NCBI GenBank assembly: GCA_965209115.1
Contig: CBDBQD010000001.1
Span: forward strand, 1,274,483-1,338,482
DNA length: 64,000 nt
Direction of reading: 5' to 3'
DNA from: Acidimicrobiales bacterium
Lineage (GTDB): Bacteria; Actinomycetota; Acidimicrobiia; Acidimicrobiales; CATQHL01
Under the pieces are notes generated by a model. It saw only the letters and a program-made list of their open reading frames with translations. It was not told the DNA's origin and searched no databases. This document shows, in pieces, positions 50,192 through 60,122 of the stretch; the first letter of the stretch is position 1, and the number at the start of each line of letters is the position of its first letter. Both the position numbers and the translations under genes were made by a program.

Positions 50192-51307
50192 GTGAGAGTT
50201 GTGCCACGGCGCTCCATAGCGAGCCGGGAGGCGTCACCGGTAGCCGCGGCGGCCGGCCCGCCGCTGAAGCTCGGCATCTGCCTCTGGAATCAGGCGCTGG
50301 AGTGGTCCGACGTCCTGGAGACGGCCCGCCTGGTTGAGGACCTCGGCTACGACCACTTGTGGATCTGGGATCACCTGCTGTCGATCTACGGCGAGCCGGA
50401 CCAGCCCGTCTTCGAGGCCTGGACCACGCTGGCGGCGCTGGCAGCCTCCACCGAGCGGCTGCAACTCGGCCCCCTGGTGACCGCCAACACGTTCCGTTCG
50501 CCGGCCCTGCTGGCCAAGATCGTCGCAACGGTGGATCACATCAGCGGCGGTCGCGCCATCCTGGGCATCGGCGGCGGCTGGTTCGAGCAGGAGCATCGAG
50601 CGCATGCGATCGACTTCGGCAGCGGGTTCGGTGAGCGCCTCGACCGGCTCGACGAGGCCGTCGGGTTGATCCGGTCGCTGCTCGCCGGCGAGGAGGTCAC
50701 CTCCGACGGTCCGTACTACCCCGTGGAGGGACTCCGCCACGTGCCGCGTCCGGTGCGCGGGAGCGTCCCCGTGCTCGTGGGGGGCCGGGGCAAGAACAAG
50801 ACGCTGCGCACCGTGGCACGCCACGCCGACATGTGGAACGCCTACGGCACCCCGGCCGAGCTGGTCGAGCACGACGAGGTGCTGCGAGATCACTGCGCGG
50901 CGGTCGGACGCGACCATCGCGAGATCGAGCGGTCGGTGCAGGCAAAGGTCGTCGTCCGCGACAGCCGGGCGGCCGCCGAGGAGGCCTTCGCCCGGATGCT
51001 GGCGCGCAACAAGACCGTCTGGACGGGAGAGGGCCGGGGTGCCGAGCCCGACATGACGAACCGTGCCGCCTTCCCCGATCCCGACTCCACCATCTGGCTC
51101 GGTGGTCCCGCCGAGTTGGCCGAGTTGATCGCGGGGTACCGGGCGGTGGGGTTCGGAACGGTGATCGCGGAGATCCCAGCGCCCTACGATCGCGAGACCA
51201 TCGAGCGGCTCGCCGGGGAGGTCGCGCCCCTGGTGGACGGTGAGCGATGGAGCGGATCGACGGGCGCCGGCGCGCCGGCCTCGCCGGCAGAGGGGAGAGG
51301 ACGTTGA
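50192..51307 (+). CDS. LLM-class (probably F420-dependent) oxidoreductase
   Basis: WIWDH, EAWTTLAALA, DHISGGRAILGIGGGW. Confidence 0.9.
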   Translation: MRVVPRRSIASREASPVAAAAGPPLKLGICLWNQALEWSDVLETARLVEDLGYDHLWIWDHLLSIYGEPDQPVFEAWTTLAALAASTERLQLGPLVTANTFRSPALLAKIVATVDHISGGRAILGIGGGWFEQEHRAHAIDFGSGFGERLDRLDEAVGLIRSLLAGEEVTSDGPYYPVEGLRHVPRPVRGSVPVLVGGRGKNKTLRTVARHADMWNAYGTPAELVEHDEVLRDHCAAVGRDHREIERSVQAKVVVRDSRAAAEEAFARMLARNKTVWTGEGRGAEPDMTNRAAFPDPDSTIWLGGPAELAELIAGYRAVGFGTVIAEIPAPYDRETIERLAGEVAPLVDGERWSGSTGAGAPASPAEGRGR

Positions 51308-52050
51308 GAAGGCTGGAGGGCAAGCGAGCCATCGTGACCGGCGCGGGCCGGGGCTTCGGGGCCGAGATCGCCGAGCTGTTCGCCCGGCAAGGTGCCCGGG
51401 TGGTGGCCTCCGACGTGGACGGCGCATCCGCCGACGCAACGGCGCGGCGCATCGTCGAGGCGGGCGACGAGGCGCTGAGCGTGCAGGCCGACGTCACCTC
51501 TGCCGGCGACGCCGAACGCCTCACGGGGGTCGCCGTGGAGCGGTTCGGCGGCCTGGACGTGCTGGTGAACAACGCCGGGGTCGCCAGCGCCGGCACCGTC
51601 TGCGAGGTGTCCGAGGAGGAGTGGGACAGGGTCATGGTGATCAACGTCAAGGGCACGTACCTCTGCTCGCGCTACGCCGTGGAACCGATGGCCCGCTCGG
51701 GAGGCGGGTCGATCGTCTGCATCGCCTCGGCCTCGGGGGTCATCGGCCAGCGGGGACAGGTGGCCTACAACGTGTCCAAGCACGCGGTGATCGGTCTGGT
51801 GCGCTGCATGGCGCTCGACCACGCCGCCGAGGGCATCCGCGTCAACGCCGTGTGTCCCGGCACGATGCGAACCCCGATGCTGGACGCCCTCGGCGTCGAG
51901 CAGTTGGCGGCCCTGGAGGCGATGCACCCGCTGGGCCGGATCGGCGACCCGGCGGAGATCGCCCAGGCGGTGCTGCACCTGGCCGCCGATGAGTCCTCGT
52001 TCACCACCGGCGCCGTGTTCCTCGTGGACGGCGGTCTGACGGCCCGGTAG
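51304..52050 (+). CDS. SDR family oxidoreductase
   Basis: TGAGRGFG, NNAG, YNVSK. Confidence 0.92.
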   Translation: MRRLEGKRAIVTGAGRGFGAEIAELFARQGARVVASDVDGASADATARRIVEAGDEALSVQADVTSAGDAERLTGVAVERFGGLDVLVNNAGVASAGTVCEVSEEEWDRVMVINVKGTYLCSRYAVEPMARSGGGSIVCIASASGVIGQRGQVAYNVSKHAVIGLVRCMALDHAAEGIRVNAVCPGTMRTPMLDALGVEQLAALEAMHPLGRIGDPAEIAQAVLHLAADESSFTTGAVFLVDGGLTAR

Positions 52051-52172
52051 CGACAGAGCGGCCCGCTTGCGCAGGTTAGGGGGGCCATTATGCTCGCGCC
52101 AGGGAGGGGGGCAGCGCCTCGGGCCGCCGGGCGCGACGTTGCCGCCGGCACGATCACAAGGAGTGTGTGCGT

Positions 52173-52622
52173 ATGAAGGTCAAGACGTTCGACCACATGG
52201 CGGTCACGGTCAGCGACACCGAGCGGGCGCTGGAGTTCTACGTGGGCAAGCTGGGACTGCGCCTGGCGGAGAACCACCAGCTCGAGGGCGACAAGGTGGA
52301 CGAGGCCAACGGGCTGAAGGGCGCCCGTGCGCAGTCCACGCGGCTGCTGGCGCCGGAGAGCCCCGAGGTCCTGATCGATCTGCTGGAGTACTACGAGCCC
52401 GAGGGGCAGACGCACATCACCCCCATGGGCTCGGTGGGATCCTGCCACTTCGCCCTCGTCGTGGACGACCTGCCGGGCGCGGTGGAGGAGTTGAAGGCGA
52501 AGGGTGTGCCGTTCATCTCCGGGCCCGTCAACTTCGAGTTGACCGAGGGCTCGGTCAGCGTGTGCTTCTGCACGGACCCCGACGGCAACTATGTCGAGCT
52601 CATGGAGGAGTACGAGCACTAG
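52173..52622 (+). CDS. VOC family protein
   Basis: DHMAVTVSD...HFAL...DPDGNYVEL. Confidence 0.88.
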   Translation: MKVKTFDHMAVTVSDTERALEFYVGKLGLRLAENHQLEGDKVDEANGLKGARAQSTRLLAPESPEVLIDLLEYYEPEGQTHITPMGSVGSCHFALVVDDLPGAVEELKAKGVPFISGPVNFELTEGSVSVCFCTDPDGNYVELMEEYEH

Positions 52623-52661
52623 CTCGCCGCCGCCGGCCGCCGTCGCTGGAGGTGGTGTGAC

Positions 52662-53621
52662 ATGACCGCGCCGTCCCAGGCTGTTCTGCGCTCCTGGCTG
52701 GAGCAGATGGTCCTCATCCGCTTGGCCGAGGACAAGGTGATGGAGATCTACATGCAGGGCCTCGTGCCGGGGACCGTGCATCTCTGCCAGGGTCAGGAGG
52801 CCGCTTCGGTGGGCGCCATCGGCGCGCTCACGGCCGACGACTGGCTGCTCTGCACGTACCGCGGCCACCACCACGCCCTGGCCCGCGGCATGGACCTCGA
52901 GGCGTTCTTCGCGGAGATCATGGGCCGGGACTCGGGCGCCTGCGGGGGCATGGGCGGATCCAGCTACGTGATCGACGCCTCTCTGGGGATGATCGGCTCG
53001 CCGGCCATCATCGGCGCCGGGATCCCGGTGGCGACCGGGGCGGGCATGACCGCCCGACTGCGCAACGAGGACCGCATCGCCATGTGCTTCTTCGGAGACG
53101 GGGCGTGCAACATCGGCGCCTTCCACGAGGCGCTCAACATGGCGCAACTCTGGCGCTCGCAAGTGGTATTCCTGATCGAGAACAACCAGTACGGCGAATA
53201 CACGCCCTTCCGGGACTCCACGGCCCTGCCTCCGGAGGCATCCATCGCCCACCGGGCCACGGCGTACGGCATGGCGCACACCGTCGTGGACGGCCAGGAC
53301 GCCATCGCCGTCCACGAGGTCGTGGCGCAGGCCCGCGCGCGGGCGGTCGCCGGTGACGGGCCGACGTTGATCGAGGCCCAGACCTACCGGTACCGCGGCC
53401 ACTCGCGCACCGACCCCGGCGCCTACCGGCCCCCCGGCGAGCTGGACGCCTGGAAGGAGCGGGACCCCATCGGCATCCTCGCCAAGCGCATCGGCGCGTC
53501 CGGCGAGGTAGACGAGATCCGCGAGCGGCTGCAGCGCGAGGTGGACGACGCAGCCGATCGCGCCGCTGAGGGTCCGTGGCCGACGCTCGATCAGGCCCGG
53601 GACTATGTCTTCGCAGACTGA
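52662..53621 (+). CDS. TPP-dependent dehydrogenase E1 alpha subunit (acetoin/pyruvate type)
   Basis: GQEA, FFGDGA...ENNQY, YRYRGHS. Confidence 0.93.
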   Translation: MTAPSQAVLRSWLEQMVLIRLAEDKVMEIYMQGLVPGTVHLCQGQEAASVGAIGALTADDWLLCTYRGHHHALARGMDLEAFFAEIMGRDSGACGGMGGSSYVIDASLGMIGSPAIIGAGIPVATGAGMTARLRNEDRIAMCFFGDGACNIGAFHEALNMAQLWRSQVVFLIENNQYGEYTPFRDSTALPPEASIAHRATAYGMAHTVVDGQDAIAVHEVVAQARARAVAGDGPTLIEAQTYRYRGHSRTDPGAYRPPGELDAWKERDPIGILAKRIGASGEVDEIRERLQREVDDAADRAAEGPWPTLDQARDYVFAD

Positions 53622-54615
53622 ATCGGCGGCGACCGACGGCGCCGAGGTGATCACGTACCGGGAGGCCATCCGGCTGGCCCTCGACGACGCCATGGCGGCC
53701 GACGAGACGGTCCTGCTGCTCGGCGAGGACATCGCCAAGGCCGGCGGACCCTTCAAAACAACCGTCGGGCTCTACGACAAGTACGGAGCCGATCGGGTCT
53801 TCGACACGCCCATCGCCGAGAACGGCTTCTGCGGCATCGCCCTGGGCATGGCGCTCACAGGGCTGCGGCCGGTCACCGAGATCATGTTCAGCGACTTCCT
53901 GCCGACCGCTTACGACGCCATCGCCATGGAGTTGCCGCGCTGGCGGTTCATGTCCGGCGGGCAGACGTCGGCACCGGTCACCGTGCGTGCCAGCGGCGGC
54001 GGGGGCGGGCGGTTCGGCGCCCAGACCTCCAGCACCGGCGAGTCCTGGTTCCTGCAGTTCTACGGCTTGAAGATCGCCGTGGCCGGCTCCCCGCAGGGCG
54101 CCTACGGGCTGCTGCGCGCCGCCATCGCCCACAACAACCCCGTCGTGGTGTTCGACCACAAGGCCATGCACCTGCGGAAGGGTCCGGTGGTGCGCGGCGA
54201 CGACCAACTGGCCGAGATCGGCAAGGCGGTCGTGGTGCGCCCCGGCAGCGACGTCACGGTCGTCGCGTCGTTGCTAATGGTCCACCGATCCCTCGAGGCG
54301 GCCGAGGCGCTGGCCGACGAGGGCATCGACGTCGAGGTGATCGACATCTCCTGGTTGCGTCCCCTCGACATGGCGACCGTGGCCGAGAGCGTGGCGCGCA
54401 CGGGACGCCTCGTCATCGCCGAGGAGCAGTACCACGACGGCGGCTGGGGATCTGCCATCATCTCCCGTCTCGCCACGGCAGGTTCCGACCTGGCGGCGCC
54501 GCCGGTGGCGGTCAGCATGCCCGAGATCCTCATCTCGCACAGCCCGCCGCTGGAGGACGCGATGATCCCCAGCGCCGAGCGGATCGCCGAGGCCGTCCGC
54601 TCGGTGTGCCGCTGA
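53605..54615 (+). CDS. TPP-dependent dehydrogenase E1 beta subunit
   Basis: LLGEDI, DTPIAE, EIMFSDF. Confidence 0.93.
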   Translation: MSSQTESAATDGAEVITYREAIRLALDDAMAADETVLLLGEDIAKAGGPFKTTVGLYDKYGADRVFDTPIAENGFCGIALGMALTGLRPVTEIMFSDFLPTAYDAIAMELPRWRFMSGGQTSAPVTVRASGGGGGRFGAQTSSTGESWFLQFYGLKIAVAGSPQGAYGLLRAAIAHNNPVVVFDHKAMHLRKGPVVRGDDQLAEIGKAVVVRPGSDVTVVASLLMVHRSLEAAEALADEGIDVEVIDISWLRPLDMATVAESVARTGRLVIAEEQYHDGGWGSAIISRLATAGSDLAAPPVAVSMPEILISHSPPLEDAMIPSAERIAEAVRSVCR

Positions 54616-54860
54616 TGCGCATCGCGGTCCACATGCCCAAGCTGGGCTACGACATGACCGAGGGGCGCATCGAGTCGTGGCTCGTGACCGTCGGCGGCGA
54701 GGTGCGGCGCGGCGAGCCCCTCGCCGAGATCGAGACCGACAAGATCGTCATAGAGATGGAGTCACTCGCCACCGGCACGCTGGTGGAGATCGTGCACGAC
54801 GCCGGCGAGGACATGATCCCGGTGGGGGACGTCATCGGCTACCTCGACGACGGCAGCTGA
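54615..54860 (+). CDS. stand-alone lipoyl domain protein
   Basis: MPKLG...EIETDKI lipoylation motif; 81 aa. Confidence 0.9.
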   Translation: MRIAVHMPKLGYDMTEGRIESWLVTVGGEVRRGEPLAEIETDKIVIEMESLATGTLVEIVHDAGEDMIPVGDVIGYLDDGS

Positions 54861-55049
54861 TCCGAGTCCCGGAGTCCGGGCACGCCGAGCCCTCCCCGCA
54901 CCACCGGACAACCCGCCCGCATCGGTGCCATGCGGGCCGCCTTCGTGGACCGGGCCGGCCCGAGCGAGGTCTCGCGGGCGCCTGATCGGCGCGCCATGGG
55001 AGGGAGAATGTTCTGTCCATATTGTGGATTGTCTATTAGCCTTTTGTGT

Positions 55050-56279
55050 ATGAACTATCTGCGACGCCACATCGACGGGCGCTTGGCCCGCCTGCTCGAG
55101 GTCCATCCGGCGTGCCTGGTCGAGGGCGTGCGCGGCGCAGGCAAGACCAGCACCGCCCAGCGGCTCGCCGCGGCGACGCTGCGGCTGGATCATCCGCCCA
55201 CGGCCGAGCAGATGGCCAACGACCCCGAGGCGGTTTGCGAGTCGCTGCCGAGCCCGGTGCTCATCGACGAGTGGCAACGGGTTCCGGAGGTGTGGGACGC
55301 CGTACGGCGGATGATCGACGACGACCGGTCGCCGGGGCGGTTCATCCTCAGCGGGTCGTCCCGTGCTGCCGTAACCGCCGATGTCCACACCGGCGCGGGC
55401 CGGATCATGCCGCTGCGACTGCGTCCGATGACGCTGTCGGAGAGGCGTGGGGAGGTTCCTGCGGTGGCGCTGGAGGGTCTCGCCGCGCACGGCATCGAGG
55501 CCGTGCGCGGCACCCGGTCGCCGCTGACCCCGGCCGAGCAGGTTGCCCCGACAGTGCACTCGGGGCTGCCCGGCTACCTGGGGATGGGCCGATCCGACCA
55601 CGACGAGGCGCTCAGGGCCTACTTGGACCTAGCGGTGGCCCGGGACCTGGCCGAGATCACCTCGACCGTGCGCAACACCGGCAAGCTTCGCGACTACCTG
55701 CGGGCCTACGGTGCCGTGGTCGGCACGACCGCTGACCACGCCACCATCCACCACGCTGCAGCAGTGGCCAAGGCCACCGGCGAGGCCTACCACGACGTGC
55801 TGAGTCGCCTCGGACTGATCGAGGAACTCCCGGGATGGTCCCACAACCGGCTCAAGCGGCTCACGAGGAGGCCCAAGCGGCACCTGGTCGATCCGGCGCT
55901 GGCGGCCGCCGACCACCACGAGACGGCGGAGGTCCTGCGCGGGCGCCGGACCCGCCTCGGGGAGTTGTTCGAGAGCGTCGTGGTGGCTCAGATCAGGGCC
56001 GCGGCCGACGCGCTCGGTCTCTCGTGGCGCTTCGGTCACCTGCGCTCGGCCGGCGGCGACCACGAGATCGATCTGGTCGCCGACCTCCCCGACGGCGGCG
56101 TCCTCGCCTTCGAGGCCAAGCTGGCTCAGTCCGTGGGCCGTGCTGACGCCCGGCAGTTGTCGGTTCTGCGGGACAGGCTCGGCGACGCCTTCCGGGCCGG
56201 GCTGGTGGTCCATCCCGGCGCCGCCGCCTTCCGCATCGACGACCGGATCGCCGCCGTCCCCCTCGGCGTGCTGGTATAG
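55050..56279 (+). CDS. AAA+ ATPase with DUF4143 C-terminal domain
   Basis: GVRGAGKT, LIDEWQ, FILSGS, KRHLVDP, EIDLV...FEAK. Confidence 0.88.
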   Translation: MNYLRRHIDGRLARLLEVHPACLVEGVRGAGKTSTAQRLAAATLRLDHPPTAEQMANDPEAVCESLPSPVLIDEWQRVPEVWDAVRRMIDDDRSPGRFILSGSSRAAVTADVHTGAGRIMPLRLRPMTLSERRGEVPAVALEGLAAHGIEAVRGTRSPLTPAEQVAPTVHSGLPGYLGMGRSDHDEALRAYLDLAVARDLAEITSTVRNTGKLRDYLRAYGAVVGTTADHATIHHAAAVAKATGEAYHDVLSRLGLIEELPGWSHNRLKRLTRRPKRHLVDPALAAADHHETAEVLRGRRTRLGELFESVVVAQIRAAADALGLSWRFGHLRSAGGDHEIDLVADLPDGGVLAFEAKLAQSVGRADARQLSVLRDRLGDAFRAGLVVHPGAAAFRIDDRIAAVPLGVLV

Positions 56280-56326
56280 GCGCCCCGAGTCCGGGACGAG
56301 GATCGCCGGCCGGTTAGCGTGCTTCT

Positions 56327-56600
56327 GTGAGCGAGGAGGGACACCGGCGGCCGCTGGCTGCGGCGGCGGGCAGCGCCGTGGCGATGGCGATGGGCTCGGC
56401 GGTGGGCTTCCTGCCGGGTTTCATCATCGTCGCCCTCCGCGCCGACCTCGGTCTCGACTACTGGGAGGTCGGCCTCCTGTCCACCGTGAACGACGGCTGC
56501 ACCTGGCTGGCGATGAGTCCAGCGGCGCGCCTGACCGACCGCTGGGGCGCCCGCCGGGTCGTGCTCGTGGACATGGCCCTCGTGCGATGCTCCGGCGAAG
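56327..56600 (+). pseudogene. truncated MFS transporter (first helices only)
   Basis: Hydrophobic N-terminus and LTDRWGARRV (MFS motif A), after which the MFS character is lost. Confidence 0.6.
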
Positions 56601-56687
56601 GTCGGACCCACCGCCCGGCGGTCCGATCACCTCCGGCGAGTTGTTCGGCCCGTTCGCCCGTGGCGGTGTGGTGTCGGGTTGACCCGT

Positions 56688-58340
56688 TCAGGACCGGTGG
56701 TCCGGCGAGGTGAGGATGCGGCCACCGAAGGGGCTCGGCGGATGGAAGCGGCCGTCGGCGTAGACGAGGTCGCCGTGCACCCAGACGGCGTCGACTCCCT
56801 CCGGGGGGATCAGTGGCTCCTCGAAGCCGTTGCGTTCCCGCACGTTCTCCCAGTCGAACAGCACCAGTGAGGCGTCGGCGCCCGGGCGCAGGACAGGGTC
56901 TTCGAGTCCCAGGAACCGGCAGGGCAGCGTGCTCATCCGGTGGATGATCTCCTGCAGCGGGATGCCCATCTCCCGGGCCATGCGCAGCGCCTTGGGGAAC
57001 GATCCGATGGAGCGGGGATGCGGCTTCTGGCCCGGTCCGGGCATCAGGCCGTCGGTGCAGATGGCCATGCTGGGCCGGCGGAAGAACCGCTCGACGGTGG
57101 CGTCGTTGCCGTAGTGGGTGATGATCGTGATCTCGCCCCGGTTGGCCACGAAGAAGTCGATGACGGCCTCGTGCGCGGCGAAGGAGGCCAGGTCCCGGTG
57201 CCCGGCGGCCCTCGCCACGTCGCCGAGCCGCTTGCCCAGGAAGTCGTCGCCGACGCCACTGCGGACGCCCGCGACCTGGACTCCGTCGAGGCCGCCGCAG
57301 AAGTCCACGAAGTTGTCCCAGGCGGTGGTGTCGCCGCGGATCCGCTCGTAGGCGCTCCGGCGTGCGTTCGGATCGCCGAGGCGCGCCAGGAACTCCTCGC
57401 GGAGCCCGGCGCGCACCTCGGGGGGGAAGATGGCGTCGCCGGTGGTGCTGCCGGCGGGGTAGGGGTACATGTTCTCCATCGTCGGGATGAAGTCGGCGGC
57501 CTCGGCGATCAGGTCGACGAGGTCGTTGTACTTGTCCCAGTTGCGCCGGCCGGCGATCTTGCTGTGCTCGTTGCAGTAGCCGCCGCCGCCCTCGAAAGCC
57601 GGGATGAGCACCTCGTTGAGGGCGTTGACGATCTCGTCGCTCTCCGAGCGCAAGTGCGGGAACAGCGCCCCCGGCTTGACGTCGTTGAAGGCCGAGACGA
57701 GGAGCGTCAACTCGCGGCGGTCGCAGTACACCGCAGGGTTGTAGACGAGCCCCGTGGACAGCCCCAGCGTGAGTGGGGCCTCGCGGCGGATCACCTCGCA
57801 CATGTCCCGCAGTTCCTGGTCGTCGGCCACGCGGGCGGTGTTCCCCATGACGACGCGGCGCACGGCGCTGTGCCCGAGGTGGATGCCCATGTCGGTGACC
57901 GAGCGCCCCCGGTGCCAGGCCAGGAACTCGGCCACCGTCGACCAGGACCACGGTTCGCCGATCGACCCGTCGAGGGGGACGAGCTGGGCGGCGTACTCGT
58001 CGCGCTGGGCCGGTGGTATCGGTGCCGGTGACAGCCCGTCGGATCCGCAGATCCGCTTGGTCGCGCCGCCCCGCAGGGCCATCTCGCAGGTGATGGGGAT
58101 GCCGTGCTCGCCGATGCGCGTGCCGCCGAGGGCCCCGTGGTTGTGCGTGTCCACGAACCCCGGCGCCAGCACCCGGCCCTTGCCGTCGATGATCCGCTCC
58201 GCCCCGCCGGCGGCGCCCGGGGTCACATCGCCCAGATGCGTGACGCGGTCGCCGTCGATCAACACGTCGCCCTCGTAGGGCTCGGTCCGCCCGTCGCCGT
58301 TGACGATCACGACGTCGGTCAGCAACTGGCGAACGGCCAT
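56688..58340 (-). CDS. N-acyl-D-amino-acid deacylase / amidohydrolase family
   Basis: [36 protein letters not shown]. Confidence 0.88.
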   Translation of the reverse strand: MAVRQLLTDVVIVNGDGRTEPYEGDVLIDGDRVTHLGDVTPGAAGGAERIIDGKGRVLAPGFVDTHNHGALGGTRIGEHGIPITCEMALRGGATKRICGSDGLSPAPIPPAQRDEYAAQLVPLDGSIGEPWSWSTVAEFLAWHRGRSVTDMGIHLGHSAVRRVVMGNTARVADDQELRDMCEVIRREAPLTLGLSTGLVYNPAVYCDRRELTLLVSAFNDVKPGALFPHLRSESDEIVNALNEVLIPAFEGGGGYCNEHSKIAGRRNWDKYNDLVDLIAEAADFIPTMENMYPYPAGSTTGDAIFPPEVRAGLREEFLARLGDPNARRSAYERIRGDTTAWDNFVDFCGGLDGVQVAGVRSGVGDDFLGKRLGDVARAAGHRDLASFAAHEAVIDFFVANRGEITIITHYGNDATVERFFRRPSMAICTDGLMPGPGQKPHPRSIGSFPKALRMAREMGIPLQEIIHRMSTLPCRFLGLEDPVLRPGADASLVLFDWENVRERNGFEEPLIPPEGVDAVWVHGDLVYADGRFHPPSPFGGRILTSPDHRS

Positions 58341-58392
58341 CGATCCACGGTACCTGCCCGTTCCGCTGGCCGGCTCTGTCTACGCTGGGTTC

Positions 58393-58830
58393 GTGCGAGC
58401 GCTGGTGCAGCGGGTCACGCAGGCTCGGGTGCGGGTGGGCGGCCGGATGGTCGGCGAGATCGGCGCGGGGTTGTGCTGCCTCGTCGGCGTGACCCACGAT
58501 GACGACTCCGACAGCGCCGTGAGGCTGGCCGCCAAGCTCTGGCGCCTGCGGATCCTCGCCGACGAGAACGGTCACATGAACCGGTCGGTGGCCGATTCCG
58601 GCGGCGAGGTCCTCGTGGTCAGCCAGTTCACTCTCTACGGCGACACCCGCAAGGGCCGCAGGCCGTCGTTCGTCGCGGCCGCCGCCCCCGAGGTGGCGGC
58701 CCGCCTGATCGAGGAGCTCGTGGCCGAACTGCGCCGCCTCGGCGCCACCGTGGCGACCGGCGTCTTCGGCGCCCAGATGGCGGTGGAGTTGACCAACGAC
58801 GGCCCCGTCACCTTGATGCTCGAGGTCTGA
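58393..58830 (+). CDS. dtd: D-aminoacyl-tRNA deacylase
   Basis: RALVQRV, VSQFTL, NDGPVT. Confidence 0.97.
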   Translation: MRALVQRVTQARVRVGGRMVGEIGAGLCCLVGVTHDDDSDSAVRLAAKLWRLRILADENGHMNRSVADSGGEVLVVSQFTLYGDTRKGRRPSFVAAAAPEVAARLIEELVAELRRLGATVATGVFGAQMAVELTNDGPVTLMLEV

Positions 58831-58849
58831 GCGGGGCCGAGGCTCGCTG

Positions 58850-59033
58850 TGCGCTCAGCGCCGTTGTGGCGATGTCGGCGCAGTGTCGAGCCCGCGGGAT
58901 CAGCATAGAGCGGGGTCGGCGTGGGCTGCTGTCGCCTGAGGTAGTCGTCGAGGTAGCGAAAGCTCGGGGCGTCGTGGGTCGTCAGGTCGAGGACGCCGCC
59001 GAGGTGCCCCTCGATGAGAACGTCAAGCCGCAT
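58850..59033 (-). pseudogene. hipA: hipA remnant (N-terminal ~42 codons; kinase domain deleted)
   Basis: MRLDVLIEGHLGGVL...SFRYLDDY...TPL resembles the HipA N-terminal subdomain; overlaps the hipB stop. Confidence 0.6.
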
Positions 59034-59364
59034 CGTCGCTCTGTTCGGGGTCGTCGTGTCCGGGGTCGCTCTGTTCGGAGAACACGGGGAGCATGCCTGG
59101 AAGGTCGACCGGTGCCGGTTTGGCGAGGAGTTCGACCTCGTAACCGAGCGTGTGGACGAGGCGGAGTATCAGCCCGATCTCAGCGGTCGCTTTGCCGTTC
59201 TCCAGCTGAGACAACCACTTGCGCCCCACTCCGGCCACCCCGGCCAGTTCGCTCTGGGTCATGCCGCTCCGCTCTCGCAACTGCCGCAGGGCGAACCCCA
59301 GATCACTGGGCCGCGAGATGTGTCGGAGGCGATGCGCTTCGCCGCCTCGCTCCGGTGACTCCAC
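59023..59364 (-). CDS. HipB-like XRE helix-turn-helix antitoxin
   Basis: LRQLRERSGMTQSELAGVAGVGRKWLSQLENGK. Confidence 0.85.
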   Translation of the reverse strand: MESPERGGEAHRLRHISRPSDLGFALRQLRERSGMTQSELAGVAGVGRKWLSQLENGKATAEIGLILRLVHTLGYEVELLAKPAPVDLPGMLPVFSEQSDPGHDDPEQSDDAA

Positions 59365-59370
59365 GCACCG

Positions 59371-59480
59371 AGCCTACCACCGCGTGAGGCCGTACGGCCC
59401 CATAGAACTTGAGAGTCCGAACGGACACTCCCCCGGCATGCATCCGAACGGCCACACCGCGTACTGGGATGCCAACGGCC
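59371..59480 (-). promoter_or_regulatory. hipB promoter with four palindromic operators at 27-bp spacing
   Basis: GGCCGTACGGCC (59388), GTCCGAACGGAC (59415), ATCCGAACGGCC (59442), ATGCCAACGGCC (59469); -10 TAGGCT at 59371-59376 on the minus strand. Confidence 0.7.
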
Positions 59481-59496
59481 TGGCAAGCATGAGCCC

Positions 59497-60111
59497 TCAG
59501 GCCGCTGCTTCGGCGATTGCCTCCCGGAAGTGGGCGAAGCTTCGCGAGCGATTCCGATCGACTGAGATGTGGGCTGCAACGGCCTGTGCAGCTTCGATTT
59601 TCTGGAGTCCCGTGGTGAAGTAGCCGTATCGTCTCAGGACTCGCTCGAAGGCTTCCCAAGTCCCGCCGCGGATGTCGTCGGGGTCGCGGTAGCCACTCCG
59701 TTGAGCGACACTCGGGTTCACTTTCGGATACGCGGCGCACACTGCGTCCCAGTCGCCGAAGTACCAGGCCTCGAGTTCTTCGATGACTACTCGGTTCACG
59801 AGTTCCCACGCACTGGCTCCGGTTTGGGACCGCGTTCGTAGCCCCGCGTTCGCGGCCGACGCCTCCAGTTGGGCTTTGAGTTCGTGGCAGTCGTCGTTGT
59901 CTCGGTCCACCATGACCATCAAGCGCCAGTCGGGGGGCAGCCAGCGCCGGTAGCCGCGCAGCCGTTGGTCGAGCTTGCCAAGCAGGTCGGTCTTTCCGCC
60001 GAAGGGGTGGATCTCGAACGTGACGCGGTCTGGCAGCAGGCGCGGCAGGAGAGTCTGCAGGAACGCCTCCATGGACGGTTCTTCGACGAGGAACACAAGG
60101 TGACTCGTCAT
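59497..60111 (-). CDS. DUF4276 family (TOPRIM-like) protein
   Basis: FLVEEPS, FGGK, VDRDNDDC, EELEAWYFGD, NRSRSF. Confidence 0.82.
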   Translation of the reverse strand: MTSHLVFLVEEPSMEAFLQTLLPRLLPDRVTFEIHPFGGKTDLLGKLDQRLRGYRRWLPPDWRLMVMVDRDNDDCHELKAQLEASAANAGLRTRSQTGASAWELVNRVVIEELEAWYFGDWDAVCAAYPKVNPSVAQRSGYRDPDDIRGGTWEAFERVLRRYGYFTTGLQKIEAAQAVAAHISVDRNRSRSFAHFREAIAEAAA

Positions 60112-60122
60112 GTCCGTTGGCG

